From Octopus vulgaris (taxonomy: Eukaryota): DNA of 64,000 nucleotides. The notes under the pieces are model-generated. The model was not told the origin of the DNA. It saw nothing but the letters and a program-made list of their open reading frames with translations, and did no database searches. The position numbers were made by a program, and so were the translations under genes. The stretch is taken from contig OX597819.1 of NCBI GenBank assembly GCA_951406725.2, positions 32,922,001 to 32,986,000 of the forward strand. The letters are read 5' to 3'. Below are positions 27,363 through 38,999 of this stretch, piece by piece; the first letter of the stretch is position 1, and each line of letters starts with the position of its first letter.

Positions 27363-28817
27363 TCGTATCTGTGTTACAGGGGCATAAACAATTAGGACAA
27401 TCGTAGTAGATTCGCCCAATCAGTAGAGCTCGGAAAAAAAAAACGCTTTGTTTAGCTCATCAGTTAGCCTTAATATGGTGCATAGCTAGGCAATTCACCT
27501 GATTGATTTAGTCATCAACACATTGTAATCATTGGCTTGCAGTCTAACTGTTTCATCTTTATACCTCATACTTCGCTGCCTCAATAAATTCCGTTCCTTT
27601 GAACTACCAACACCAAACCTACGTGAATAACTACTTCAGTAATATTTTTGCCTGCAAATTTCGGACAATCTTTCTACAAAACGTTATACTGCTTGTGTTC
27701 GGCCACGATGAAATGCGCTCTGATCTTATCATCTTGTTCTTCTTTCTAGGCACATTATCCAAACCTGCTATGTCTCGTAATATGGAACTATAACGTAGAG
27801 GATCGTCACATTTTTTCTCTCTTATAAGATCAACTAAAATATATTTAAACAATACCTCAATCTCCTGGGTAACCTTACAAAAGATAAAAATCCTGACACT
27901 TCTGGCTTTCATAGAATATAAAACAGAATTCATTCCTTTATATATTTTAAGTCCAGATTCGACCACGGTCCCACTTGCCCGTTCATTGCTTCACGTCTCG
28001 TCAATTGAGAACTAATTATAAAGGCTGATTAAGTGAACAGCTTTTCTCAAGTTTGTCATTCAAGTTACGAATCTATATTATTTGATTCATATTTAAATTT
28101 TTTGTTTATAATTTTATCTCGTTTGTTTATATTTCTGTCTCCTTTTTGTGTGCGTCTCTCCTCTTTCCTTTTTCTCTCTTTTCTCTTTCTCTTTCTCTCT
28201 CTCTCTGTCTCTGTCTCCCTCTCCCGCTTTCTCTTTCTCTCTCTATATATATGTGTCAATCGAACATTCACTTTGTGTATCACTTTCTTGTCTCTCCTGC
28301 TCTTTGCTATTATTTTCTTCCTTTAAAAACTACCTACAGCCTCTCCTCTTCTTCCTCCTCCTCCTCCTCCTCCTCCTCCTCCTCCTCCTCCTATCCTTCT
28401 ATGTTTTCTAGTCCAGCAATTTTATTATTCTTTTTTTTTTCCACTGATCTTGCTTATTTCACTTCTTTTGCTCGTGCTTGTTGTTCTTCCACCACCACCA
28501 CCACGACTACTACTACTACTACCACCACCACCACCACCACCACCATCATCATCATGAAAAAGAACATCAACAACAATCGACAACAATAACAGCTTAGTCC
28601 TCGTCAGCATCGTCTGCTGCGGTGACTTCTACAGTTTTCTCTTATCTAATTCATTCATAAGACGCTTTTTTTTCTCTCTCTTATCTATAAGTATCCTTCT
28701 TGCAGTCTTCATTTTTTTTTTTACTTCTATCTCTATCTCATACATTGTCTCTCTTTCTGTCCCTTTTTCCGATTACATAAATACTCTCTCTCTCTCTCAC
28801 GCTCTCTCTCTCTCCCG

Positions 28818-28855
<38 letters not shown>

Positions 28856-29539
28856 ATCACATAACACACATATGAAGAAAGAAAGAAAGAAAGAAAGAGC
28901 GAACGAAAGAAGGAGAGAAAAGTGGATAGGCAGGCATTATCCACAGCTAAATTTCAGTGAGTCGTCGGAACGTCTTTGAAGGTTTGTGAATTATGCATAG
29001 ATGAAAGCTTGTAGATTAATGCTTCCTTCTGTAAGCAGCCAGTAGATAGATGCCTACATTAATTCAACACAAAATCATTCAAAAATGCCGTCAATAATCA
29101 TCTGCTTCAAACAACCGTGCATTATTGAGTTCATCTTATACAGAAGAAAAGTTTTCAATCATTTCCGGCTGCTTGTTGCATATAAAATATTTTCAAAGAC
29201 GTCTTCCTTATGAATACACCACATCGAAAAATTGAACACTTGGATAGAAAATTACATAAATTGAAGGGAAAATAAATCAAACAAAAATGAGGCACTGTTG
29301 AAAGTGATTTAGCTACAGTAAATAAATCCTACATGTATGACATAACGGGTCTCTATCTCACCAACAAATCTAATAAAGATATAGACCGAGAAATCAAACC
29401 CAAATGGTTTTAGTAGAAATAATGGCTATGTAATAAATATAAGAAAAATCCCGCCTTTCCTCTGAACGTAAATATGTATCTACGCATTTATACATATACA
29501 TATATATATACATATATACATCACACACACACTCATATG

Positions 29540-29582
<43 letters not shown>

Positions 29583-29608
29583 GCATTCAAATATATGCAT
29601 ATGTATAT

Positions 29609-29657
<49 letters not shown>

Positions 29658-29683
29658 CATATATATATATATACATATATATA

Positions 29684-29755
<72 letters not shown>

Positions 29756-29962
29756 TATACATATGCACGCAGGCATAAACACAAGCAGACTGAGTCAGAG
29801 AGGCATTACTTAAAGTTTCGCTGGAGTCAGAAGGCAACACTTAATCATCCGTATGTTCGTTTCTGAGTTTTCTCACAGCCGCGACGCTTTATGCATGCTT
29901 TAACATTGTAATGCTTAATACAGAAAACCTCTACGAAACGTGTTGAGTGAACTTTTATTCTC

Positions 29963-30088
<126 letters not shown>

Positions 30089-30137
30089 TCATTTTTTGTT
30101 AGGTTCCTTCCTCTGTTTGGCTCCCTTTCTTTTTCTT

Positions 30138-30194
<57 letters not shown>

Positions 30195-30299
30195 TATCAA
30201 TAAGGGAAATGGAATTTAATTAAATTTAAAATATTCAATCAAAATTTACATTTCCAGTGGTCTAACGTGCAAAAATTTGTCAAAAAGACTATATAATTA

Positions 30300-30469
30300 A
30301 TTATACACATAAGGAATCTACACCTAGGGTGAAGATTCAGCGCATTAGAGAGCCACAAAACAATAGATAAGATTCGACAGGAACAAAAATTTCAAATCTT
30401 ATCCATTATTTTTGTGGCACTCTAATGCGCTGAATCTTCACCCTAGGTGTAGATTGCTTATGTGTATAA
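30300..30469. repeat. Long inverted repeat in a (TA)n-flanked module
   Basis: TTATACACATAAGGAATCTACACCTAGGGTGAAGATTCAGCGCATTAGAGAGCCACAAAA ... TTTTGTGGCACTCTAATGCGCTGAATCTTCACCCTAGGTGTAGATTGCTTATGTGTATAA. Confidence 0.92.
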
Positions 30470-30559
30470 TATATATATATATATATATATATACATACAT
30501 ACATACATACATACATACATACATAGATACATACATACATACATATATATATATATCAG

Positions 30560-30842
30560 GAGGTAGTAAGTTCGATTCCCAGGCCGAGCTGTGTTCTTGA
30601 GCAATACACTTCATTTCACGTTGCTCCAGTTCACTCAGCTGTAGAAATCAGTTACGGTATCACTGATGCCAAGCTGTATTGGCCTTTGCCTTTCCCCTGG
30701 ATAACATCGGTGGCGGGGAGAGGGGAGGCTAGTATGCACGGGCGACTGCTGATGTTCCAGAAACAACCTTGCCCAGAATTGTGCCTCGGAGGGGAACTTT
30801 ATAGGTGCAATCTCATGGTCACTCATGACCGAAGGAGATCTT
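30560..30842 (+). mobile_element. 5'-truncated tRNA-derived SINE (further family)
   Basis: B box AGTTCGATTCCC and CORE-like TGTGTTCTTGAGCAATACACTT. Flanked by microsatellites. Confidence 0.6.
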
Positions 30843-31349
30843 ATACACACACATGTATGTATGTATGTATGTATGTATGTATGTATGTATGTATGTATGT
30901 ATGTATGTATGTATGTATGTATGTATGTATGTAGAGCTGACAAAATATAATACCAGTCAAGTGCTTGTTTCGATTTAGTGTTTCCGTAAAATATCCTAGA
31001 ACTTTACATTTATGAATTTGTGTTGCATGAATGGAATAAGCAGAGCAAAAGCACACACGAAGATGAAAAGTGTTGCTGAGGAGGTCACAGATGTGTGACG
31101 AAAGATTTCCGGACAATGGACATGAGTTAGAATAAGAACAATAATAAATGAGCGGTGGACGAATATATAATGCGTGTGTTTATTTAACAAAACAAACCAA
31201 AAGAAAAATGACCATTCCGAAATACAACAATATCCTAGAATTATTATTCTGGAATTATAACTTCAGACACAAGACTTGAGCAGGCCAAACCGTTGTCCAC
31301 GGCATGTAATTTCTGTATAACTCACACGAGGTAGTATATTATTTGATGA

Positions 31350-31510
31350 AGACTCTTGGCTTATTTTGCTGGGTATGATGGAAAGTATCCACTGTCCACA
31401 ACCAGCAGACTACTGTGGCACTTGTTTACTGGTCATGTTTCAAGGTCCCTGCGAAGAATTCTTGCCGTTCCAAGCAATGCTGACTTTTATAGGTGTTCTA
31501 TCTTTACATT
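31350..31510 (-). pseudogene. 3' end of an RLE-type (R4/Dong-like) retrotransposon
   Basis: The minus strand encodes L*KSALLGTARILRRDLET*, the conserved QK..LLGTA.ILR C-terminus. Confidence 0.6.
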
Positions 31511-31583
31511 TGTACAAATCTTTCTTAGGGGTAAAATTTTCGTTTGAAATATTGACTTTTTTTAAATTACATTCACATACATA

Positions 31584-33020
31584 TTGAAAAGATGTCGAAG
31601 AGAACAGTTGGCTGTTCCCTTCTTCGAACACCCCCCCCCCCCCCGACACAAGAAAAAAATTGATTTGAACATTTCTCCAAACCGCCCATTTCGTGCCTTA
31701 AAAGGCAAACAAAATGTTTCGATGGAACGTGTCAGCACGTTCAACGTTCTAAATGAAAATGAAAACGAAAGTGTCACTTTTGACGTCATCGAAGATTTCC
31801 CTCCTCTTCTCTCCACCAGTGCTCCAGTACCGGGGAAGGACGGAAGAAAGAGCGTTGCAAAGAAAAGCGACAACGATGGCGTCACCTTTGACGTCAACGA
31901 AGATTTGCCTTCTCTTCCTTCCACCAGTGCTCCAGTACCGGAGAAAGAAGCAAAGAAAATGACCAGCAGCCACACCGACACCACCACCAGCAAACAACAC
32001 AACAAGCCATCGTAGCAATTTTGCCTCCGCTGCAAAAGAAAACTCGGAGGAAGTAAAAGTTACGATGGACCAAATAAAAAGCGCAAAGGAGTTGTTGAGA
32101 ACATAGGGAAACAGTGTTTTCCTCAATACACCTCAACAACTCATACATGACACAAACAAGAAGACGATATTTTACAAGGTTTTCGACAAGAAAAACAAAA
32201 GATTAATCAACGCAACACTCCAACAATTGGAAATAGTTCTGAAGCCCATATGGGGCAAAAAGAGCTATGTCACCAGAGGGAAGCGTTTCGGAACTGTGGA
32301 GGTTCGCTTCCCAACAGAGGAGGATGCAAGGGCGCATGCCATTTCGCCCTTGCAAAATGAAAATCTGTTCCTTGTTCCAACATACCTCGGGCGGAGGGTC
32401 CAAAAAATAAAAATCGACACAGTACCCCCCGATCTAAATATATCATGGCTGGTGGCGGCTGTCCTCTATGACATAGAGGACACTGCCACTATTCTAGATG
32501 TACGAAGAGTGAGGGAAAAAAACTGGTCAGGTATGGGAGTTCAACTGCTGGGAAAAATCCAGCAGGAAAACATTAATGCCATACCTGACTCGGTAAATTT
32601 GCCGGACGGAACCAGGCTGCACGTTGCTGTGGAGGGGTGAAAGCCAAAATGTTACCTCTGCAGCAGCGAAAGCCACCTAAAGTGGGACTGTCCCATTTAC
32701 AAAAAAAGAATGGAGGCAGAATGCAAGAAGCTGCAGCAGCAACAACAACATCAACAACAACAACAACAGAAACAACAACAGTAAGAAACACCAAAGGCTG
32801 CCACACCACCAACACCATTACCACCACCACGACGAACGACAACACCTCCAACCACCAAACCAACACCAACCCCAGCACCAAGAAAAACAACAACAACAAA
32901 AAAAGGAAGAAGAAGAATCACCGACACCGTCACCATCACCAACAGATACAGCAACACCACCGCTACCAGCAGAACCAACAATTTTTCGCCCTGCTGCTGA
33001 AGCGGACCCGACAGCCATCC
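31584..33020 (+). pseudogene. Tx1-like LINE ORF1 remnant (RRM-like region plus CCHC zinc knuckle)
   Basis: ORFs 31584..32015 and 32227..32640. Reading through the TGA at 32638 gives KPKCYLCSSESHLKWDCP (C-X2-C-X4-H-X4-C) at 32650-32691. Confidence 0.75.
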
Positions 33021-34579
33021 CCTTTCTGGATCAGGAGAGCTGCGGTGTTTCAGCGGCACTTTGCTCAACTGTTTGGGACGAGCGGTGCAACGAACAACGG
33101 TACAGACTTCGGTGTGTACCTGGACGGCCTACCGCAACTCTCGGACAGCGAGGCAGAGTGCTGCGAGGGACCGATATCTGCCTGGGAAGTGGAGGAAGCA
33201 ATGAAGAGTTGCACGAGAGGTAGATCGCCGGGTTTGGATGGTCTGCCCTACGAGCTTTACACTTCAATGCCAGACTTGTTTGCGGGCCTGTTGGCAAACG
33301 TTTACTGCAACTGGCAGCAAAACGGGAGAATTTCTGCTTTTGTCTGTCGAGGGGTGGTGGCTTTGCTAGAAAAGGACCCAAACAAAGGGGACATTATAAG
33401 GAATTTTCGGCCCATCACTCTGCTCAATGCAGAGTTGAAGATTTTGGCCAAGGTGCTAGCCAAGAGATTGGCGCTTGTCGTGGACAATCTGATTGGCAAG
33501 AAGCAGAGATGCGCCGTACCGACCAGGTCGACACATGACAACCTCCATCTCATGCGCTACATCATAGAGAGGGTGTGTAACGACGCTGGCGCGGGTGGGG
33601 CTTTTATCAATTTAGATCAGAGTAAAGCTTTCGATAGGGTCGACCATCGGTACTTGGCAGCTGTTCTCAAGGCAGCTGCTGTCAACGACCGCTGAACGGA
33701 GGCCTTGGCATGCCGTGGTTACTGATGCACAGACATGCGCTCAGGCTGCGACATCTCAAGCGTTTCCTAGACGGTGAACAAGTGTGGTCGTCTTTTGTCA
33801 GACGCGACTTTCCGCAGCTCGTCCCTTTGACAGAGCTGCAGACCTAGATCAAACGTAGACCGAGAAAGGGCGCTTGGCACTTTGAGTGCCGTCAAGCTCT
33901 CTCCACCCTCCGCCAGGCGGGCAATGCGATCGGTGTTAGTTCCACTCTAGCGTTCTATAGAGGGTTAATGGAGGAAAAATGCGACGACGTTCTCGGGGGA
34001 ACTCTAGGCGTTGATGATAACGAACTGAGCGGTCTATTCGGAAGGACTTTCGGGCCGGGGCCAATGGATAACTTTCAGAGGTCGCTCGTCTGGCAGTGCT
34101 ACCGAGGGGCTCTGCCTGTACGGGATAAACTCAACCGGCACCGAAGTGCCATCAGCCGGGCCTGCCCGAAGTGTTGCCAGGACGACGAAACCGTTCTGCA
34201 CGCACTCGTCCAGTGCCCGAGTATTGCTGAACTATGGGTTTATGTCGAACAGCTACTGTCACGTATAGGACGGATCCGGCTATCAGCTGAATCCACAGTG
34301 AAGATTGCCCCGCCGACCTCCTTTAACAAGGAGGGCAAGGCCGTTTTCCTGTACCTAGTGGCTGTGGCGAAAGAGGTTGTATGGTGGACACGTTTGAAAG
34401 GGCTAAAGTCAGACACTTTCCTCTTTGGTCAAGGCCTCATCAACTTTTTCAAGTTTCACTTGAAAAGGAAGATGAGGTTAGAGAGGAGAGTGCTGTCTGA
34501 TAGCAAGTTTTCTAAAAGGTGGGTGAATTGTGCAAGAATGGCCAGTGTAAATGGACCAATTCTCAGGTTTCGCCTGTGA
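33020..34579 (+). pseudogene. Tx1-like LINE ORF2, internally deleted (N-half of RT plus C-terminal zinc finger)
   Basis: SPGLDGLPYELY, NFRPITLLNAELKILAKVLAKRL and LDQSKAFDRVDHRYL, then a jump to CQRPLNGGLGMP and ALPVRDKL..CPKC..ETVLHALVQCP. No APE endonuclease domain and no YADD are visible. Confidence 0.9.
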
Positions 34580-34842
34580 TTGAAAAAGGTTTTATAAAAG
34601 GAGAAATGGGCTCTCTACCCCACTTTTGACCAGGCTCCCGTTGGCTTTTATGGGTTTTTTCCACCAGGAACCTTTCGTAACGCCTCCCCCTATTGGGAGT
34701 TTTTCATTGTTATATTATTTCCTTGTTACACTGTTTTTACACGATTTTTTTCACAAACCCTTTGTAACCTTTCGTCCTGTTTTGTCCCTTTATGTTTTCT
34801 AATCATGTGTGTCAGCCCTTGTGGCCAATAAAAAAGAATTTA

Positions 34843-34916
<74 letters not shown>

Positions 34917-34955
34917 GTTATTGTTGTTGTTGTTGTTGTTATTATTATTATTATT
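34580..34955 (+). other. 3' UTR of the Tx1-like LINE with AATAAA and (ATT)n/(GTT)n tail
   Basis: AGCCCTTGTGGCCAATAAAAAAGAATT is followed directly by the trinucleotide repeat. Confidence 0.75.
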
Positions 34956-35273
34956 AACACACGCATAAACACATACACACACATTGCTGATGTAACAATT
35001 TTTATAAACTCCGAAAGAACTTGAAATAATGTTTTGTTTTCGTTTTTTCTTCTTGTTTTTCAATTGTGATTCACTAAGCAAATGATGCTATACATAACAG
35101 TGTATCAAAACTGTGTCTAAAATCCACTTTGAAAAGAAAAAAGTCGAAAGGTGGCCATGGTACTTGAAACCACACATCCTCTAAACGTGGCTTTAACCCA
35201 ATATTTATTAGTTCTAGCATTATTTGCTTCGAGATCAATTATTCCCCAAAATAGTTTTATACATATATACAAA

Positions 35274-35327
<54 letters not shown>

Positions 35328-35592
35328 ACGTATACACGTGACCGACGAGATGTTGTTACACGTCGCTAGTTACGATGCATTTTGCATCGTTTTAGCCTTC
35401 GTATGATACCACCCCGCTGGTTACGTGAGCAGACCAACACTCTCCGCTGATCGAAAGAGGGACGAGAGCAATGCAATCTACATCTATCTATCTTGCTGAG
35501 ACTGTCTCTCTGCAGTCACGCTTTACAACGTGGAGAGAGAGAGACAGAGAGAGACAGAGAGACAGAGAGACAGAGAGAGGGAGAGACAGAGA

Positions 35593-35652
<60 letters not shown>

Positions 35653-35811
35653 AAGAGTGTGTGTGTGTGTGTGTGATAGAGAGACAAAAAGTGAAATTCA
35701 GAAAGAGAGAGTTAACATAAGCCGTTCGGGATAAGTATCTTGTAACTCTCTGAAAATTACGTTAATTTTTATTAAAATTATCCAGAAATAGGCTTTTGAG
35801 GGTGCTGATTG

Positions 35812-35881
35812 TGAATAGCATTTAGAAAAATAATTGAATAGCATTTAGAAAAATAATATGAATAGCATTTAGAAAAATAAT
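35812..35881. repeat. Three copies of a ~23-bp tandem repeat TGAATAGCATTTAGAAAAATAAT
   Basis: Read directly. Confidence 0.9.
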
Positions 35882-36093
35882 TACATATATTTATTCCAAA
35901 TATACAAGTAGGAAATTTGCTTTACCTAACTATTTTTCTGTTAAAAATTACTATTCATTTTATTATTTTGTATCAGTAACAGGAAATTTGATAAAGCTTA
36001 AATTATAATTATTGTAGATATGCCATATATTCTGATATTATCCATAATGGCAAAAGTATACTTCATATAACAGGACAGAGTCTATTATAAATA

Positions 36094-36615
36094 CCGTAAA
36101 TCCTCGAGTATGGTCCGCCCTTGAATATAATACGCAGGGGATTTTTAGGGGGCTGTACCTCTGAAAAACCTAAACCTTGTGTATAATACGCACCCCCTTC
36201 TCTAACTTGAGTCAAGGAGGTCTATATAACGTCCTTGGTTTGTAAAAATGTATACGGTAACGTCCTTTATTATTATTGTACATATAACATAATGCAAACC
36301 TGTAGCGTTTTTGTGCATTTTGTTTGCAGAAAATAAAGAAATAACAGTAATAACAGTAATAACGTTTAATAAATTTTGCTTACTGCAAGTTATGGATGAT
36401 TCTTTTATGACTTCATTGCTTTCAGGCTTAGCTTAAGGTATTTTCGCACCCGACATCACAAAATGCCTCTGAATAAAAATTGCCAGACAGCAAATAGAGA
36501 CTCGGGCATTGCTTAGAAAATATTTTTCATTTTTAACCTTGTATATAGTACGCACAAGGGATTTTGACCTTTAAATTTTTTGGAAAAAAAGCGAATTATA
36601 CTCGAGGATTTACGG
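36094..36615. mobile_element. Non-autonomous Tc1/mariner/pogo-type element
   Basis: TA TSD. TIR CCGTAAATCCTCGAGTAT / ATACTCGAGGATTTACGG. Internal repeated CCTTGTRTATAATACGCA motif. Confidence 0.85.
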
Positions 36616-37643
36616 TATAATCTCTAGAAAATCCTACTTGTTCGTTCGATCGTTATACTTTAGTTAGTTAGAGAGACGGAGGTAGAGTGAGTGAGAGATG
36701 GAATAATAGTGAGAGAGAGGGCGGGGGAGGAATGTGAGCAGAAAAGAAAGAAAAGAGGAGTATAATGCATTACGTGGTTAGTTGGAGAGAGAGGCGAAGA
36801 GTGAGAGGAAAACATTGTGAGAGAAAAGAAAGAAAGAGAAGTGTTAATGACATGTTGTAAGATGAGGAGGGAAAGGTAAAGAGAAAGAGATATGTTTCGG
36901 ATACAATATTTAGAAGAGGGTGATGTTCTGGTGTTGAGGTCAAAGAAAGGTAGATAAGATAGATGGAAGAGGAGGCTGTTACATTAAGATACGATTTACT
37001 AAATGAAAACTTCTCTTATAGACGACAGAAGAAATAGAATAGAAAGTGAGACAGGAGAGAATGAACTTCAGCGCAAAAGACGCAAAGAAAATACAAAAAT
37101 AGGAAGGGAACGAGAGAAATATAAACAAAATAATTATCAAATTTAAGATGAAATCATAAATAAAGAAGTAATACATGTGAAACGTAAGTCAATATAGCAA
37201 TATATAACTATATAAAATGAAACAAATAAAAGTAACAACAGGCTCTGTAGATTGTCACAAGAAGAGCGAGGGTTATAAATTAATTGTTTCGCCTAAAATC
37301 TGAGTAAGAGCATAAAGCTCATGCTAGAGACTGGACTAAGTGGGAAATAAGTGCAATAAAAGCCAGTCAATCTTACGTGCAGATATTGACAAAAGGCGTA
37401 GATTATCATGAAACCGAATATGAAAGCATTAAAGTGTACACATGCGCAAGCATATTTATTGCTTTACTTATTCATGCGTATATGCATAAATACATGCGTG
37501 AAGACATACATACATACGTACATATATACATAAGTATATATACAAACATATATACATACATATATAAATAAATACATATACATACATATATATATACATA
37601 CGTATAATATATACATATACATATATACACATACATAAATACA

Positions 37644-37686
<43 letters not shown>

Positions 37687-37761
37687 ATATATATATATAT
37701 ATATATAAATTGCAATAAACATATATGTATATATATACATGCATACATACATACATACATG

Positions 37762-37906
<145 letters not shown>

Positions 37907-37924
37907 TTATATAAAGACATGCCT

Positions 37925-38832
37925 GGTGGTATCAAAATGTTTCTGGATTAGTTCTGTAGCGCGCCAACAGATGGTAGCACACGAGTGCTAGCAATCAGTG
38001 CTAGCAGTGACCTTCATGAAGCAGTGTGCCGAGTGATATTGCTGTGTTTACTACGCAATTGTGAAATTTGTGTTCTTGCGATCACGTGTATGCTGTAGTC
38101 TGCAATTTTGTCCTGCACAGGAAAATAGAAGAAGGAGCTCACGTGAAATTTTGCGTTAGACTTGGAATGTCTGCTACAGAGACTTTGAGCATGCTTCGGC
38201 GAGTCAATGTGTTGTACGTAATGTTCCGAGTGGCTCGGCGCCACAAAAGCTGAAGAACGTCCCTGAGAAACCGAGATATGTAAGATCTGCCACGAGCGTA
38301 ACTCCTGGAAATGTGGTACTGTGCATCGAGGACTCCTACCCCAGAGCCAGACGATCCTTACCTTTTGACCTACAGATTTAAAAAATATTTTTTTGTAACT
38401 AAACATTTTCAAACTTAGGACTACTTTAACGTGAAATTACTTCGTAGATATAATCTTTTCTCAACAACACTTAGAGTAAAAAATGTTTTATATGACACAT
38501 TCTACCAGTGTCCGAAGTTTGAAAGTGTTTAGTTACAAAAGATTATTTTTTTTAATCTGTGAATCAAAAGGTAAAGATCCGAGCCAGACCGTCAATCGAG
38601 AGATCTACTGCGACGTTTTGAAGCGTTTTAGGGAGGACATTCGGCGAAAGCGACTGGATTTGTGAAGCGCGAAGAATTCTCCTTACTCATTAGTTTCTCA
38701 CCAAAAACAAGGAACGCTGGAACCGGTGTATTGCTGCGCAAGGCGACTATTTCGAAGGAGATGATGGTAAAACGTAGGTAAATAAGTTACCTTTTACTAA
38801 ACATAACTTGTCCGGGAACCTTTTGAGACCAC
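37925..38832 (+). mobile_element. Deleted mariner, same family as 4736..5626, interrupted by a MITE
   Basis: Shares TIRs (GGTGGTATCAAAATGTTTCTGGATTAG / GTCCGGGAACCTTTTGAGACCAC) and internal sequence (YCDVLKRFREDIRRKR). Confidence 0.85.
38352..38580. mobile_element. Short sister Merlin-like MITE without telomeric repeats
   Basis: Perfect TSD gagccaga. TIR (G/C)GATCYTTACCTTTTGA. Shares CACATTCTACCAGT..CGAAGTTT with the larger MITE family. Confidence 0.85.
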
Positions 38833-38999
38833 AAATACAGTTTTAAAAAGATATACCCGAAAGATGCACACACAATTAACACATTTAAACAGGTATCGTT
38901 TCGTCCTTTCCGCCCCCACCCACCCCGTTCTTTCCCCCTTTTCTTTGTTATTTATTTCTTTCTTGACCGACTTGATAAACGTTTCACCCGTAACGTTAA

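Noticed and set aside
35812-35881. CRISPR-like direct repeats
   Set aside because: The repeats are contiguous without spacers, the context is eukaryotic, and there are no cas genes.
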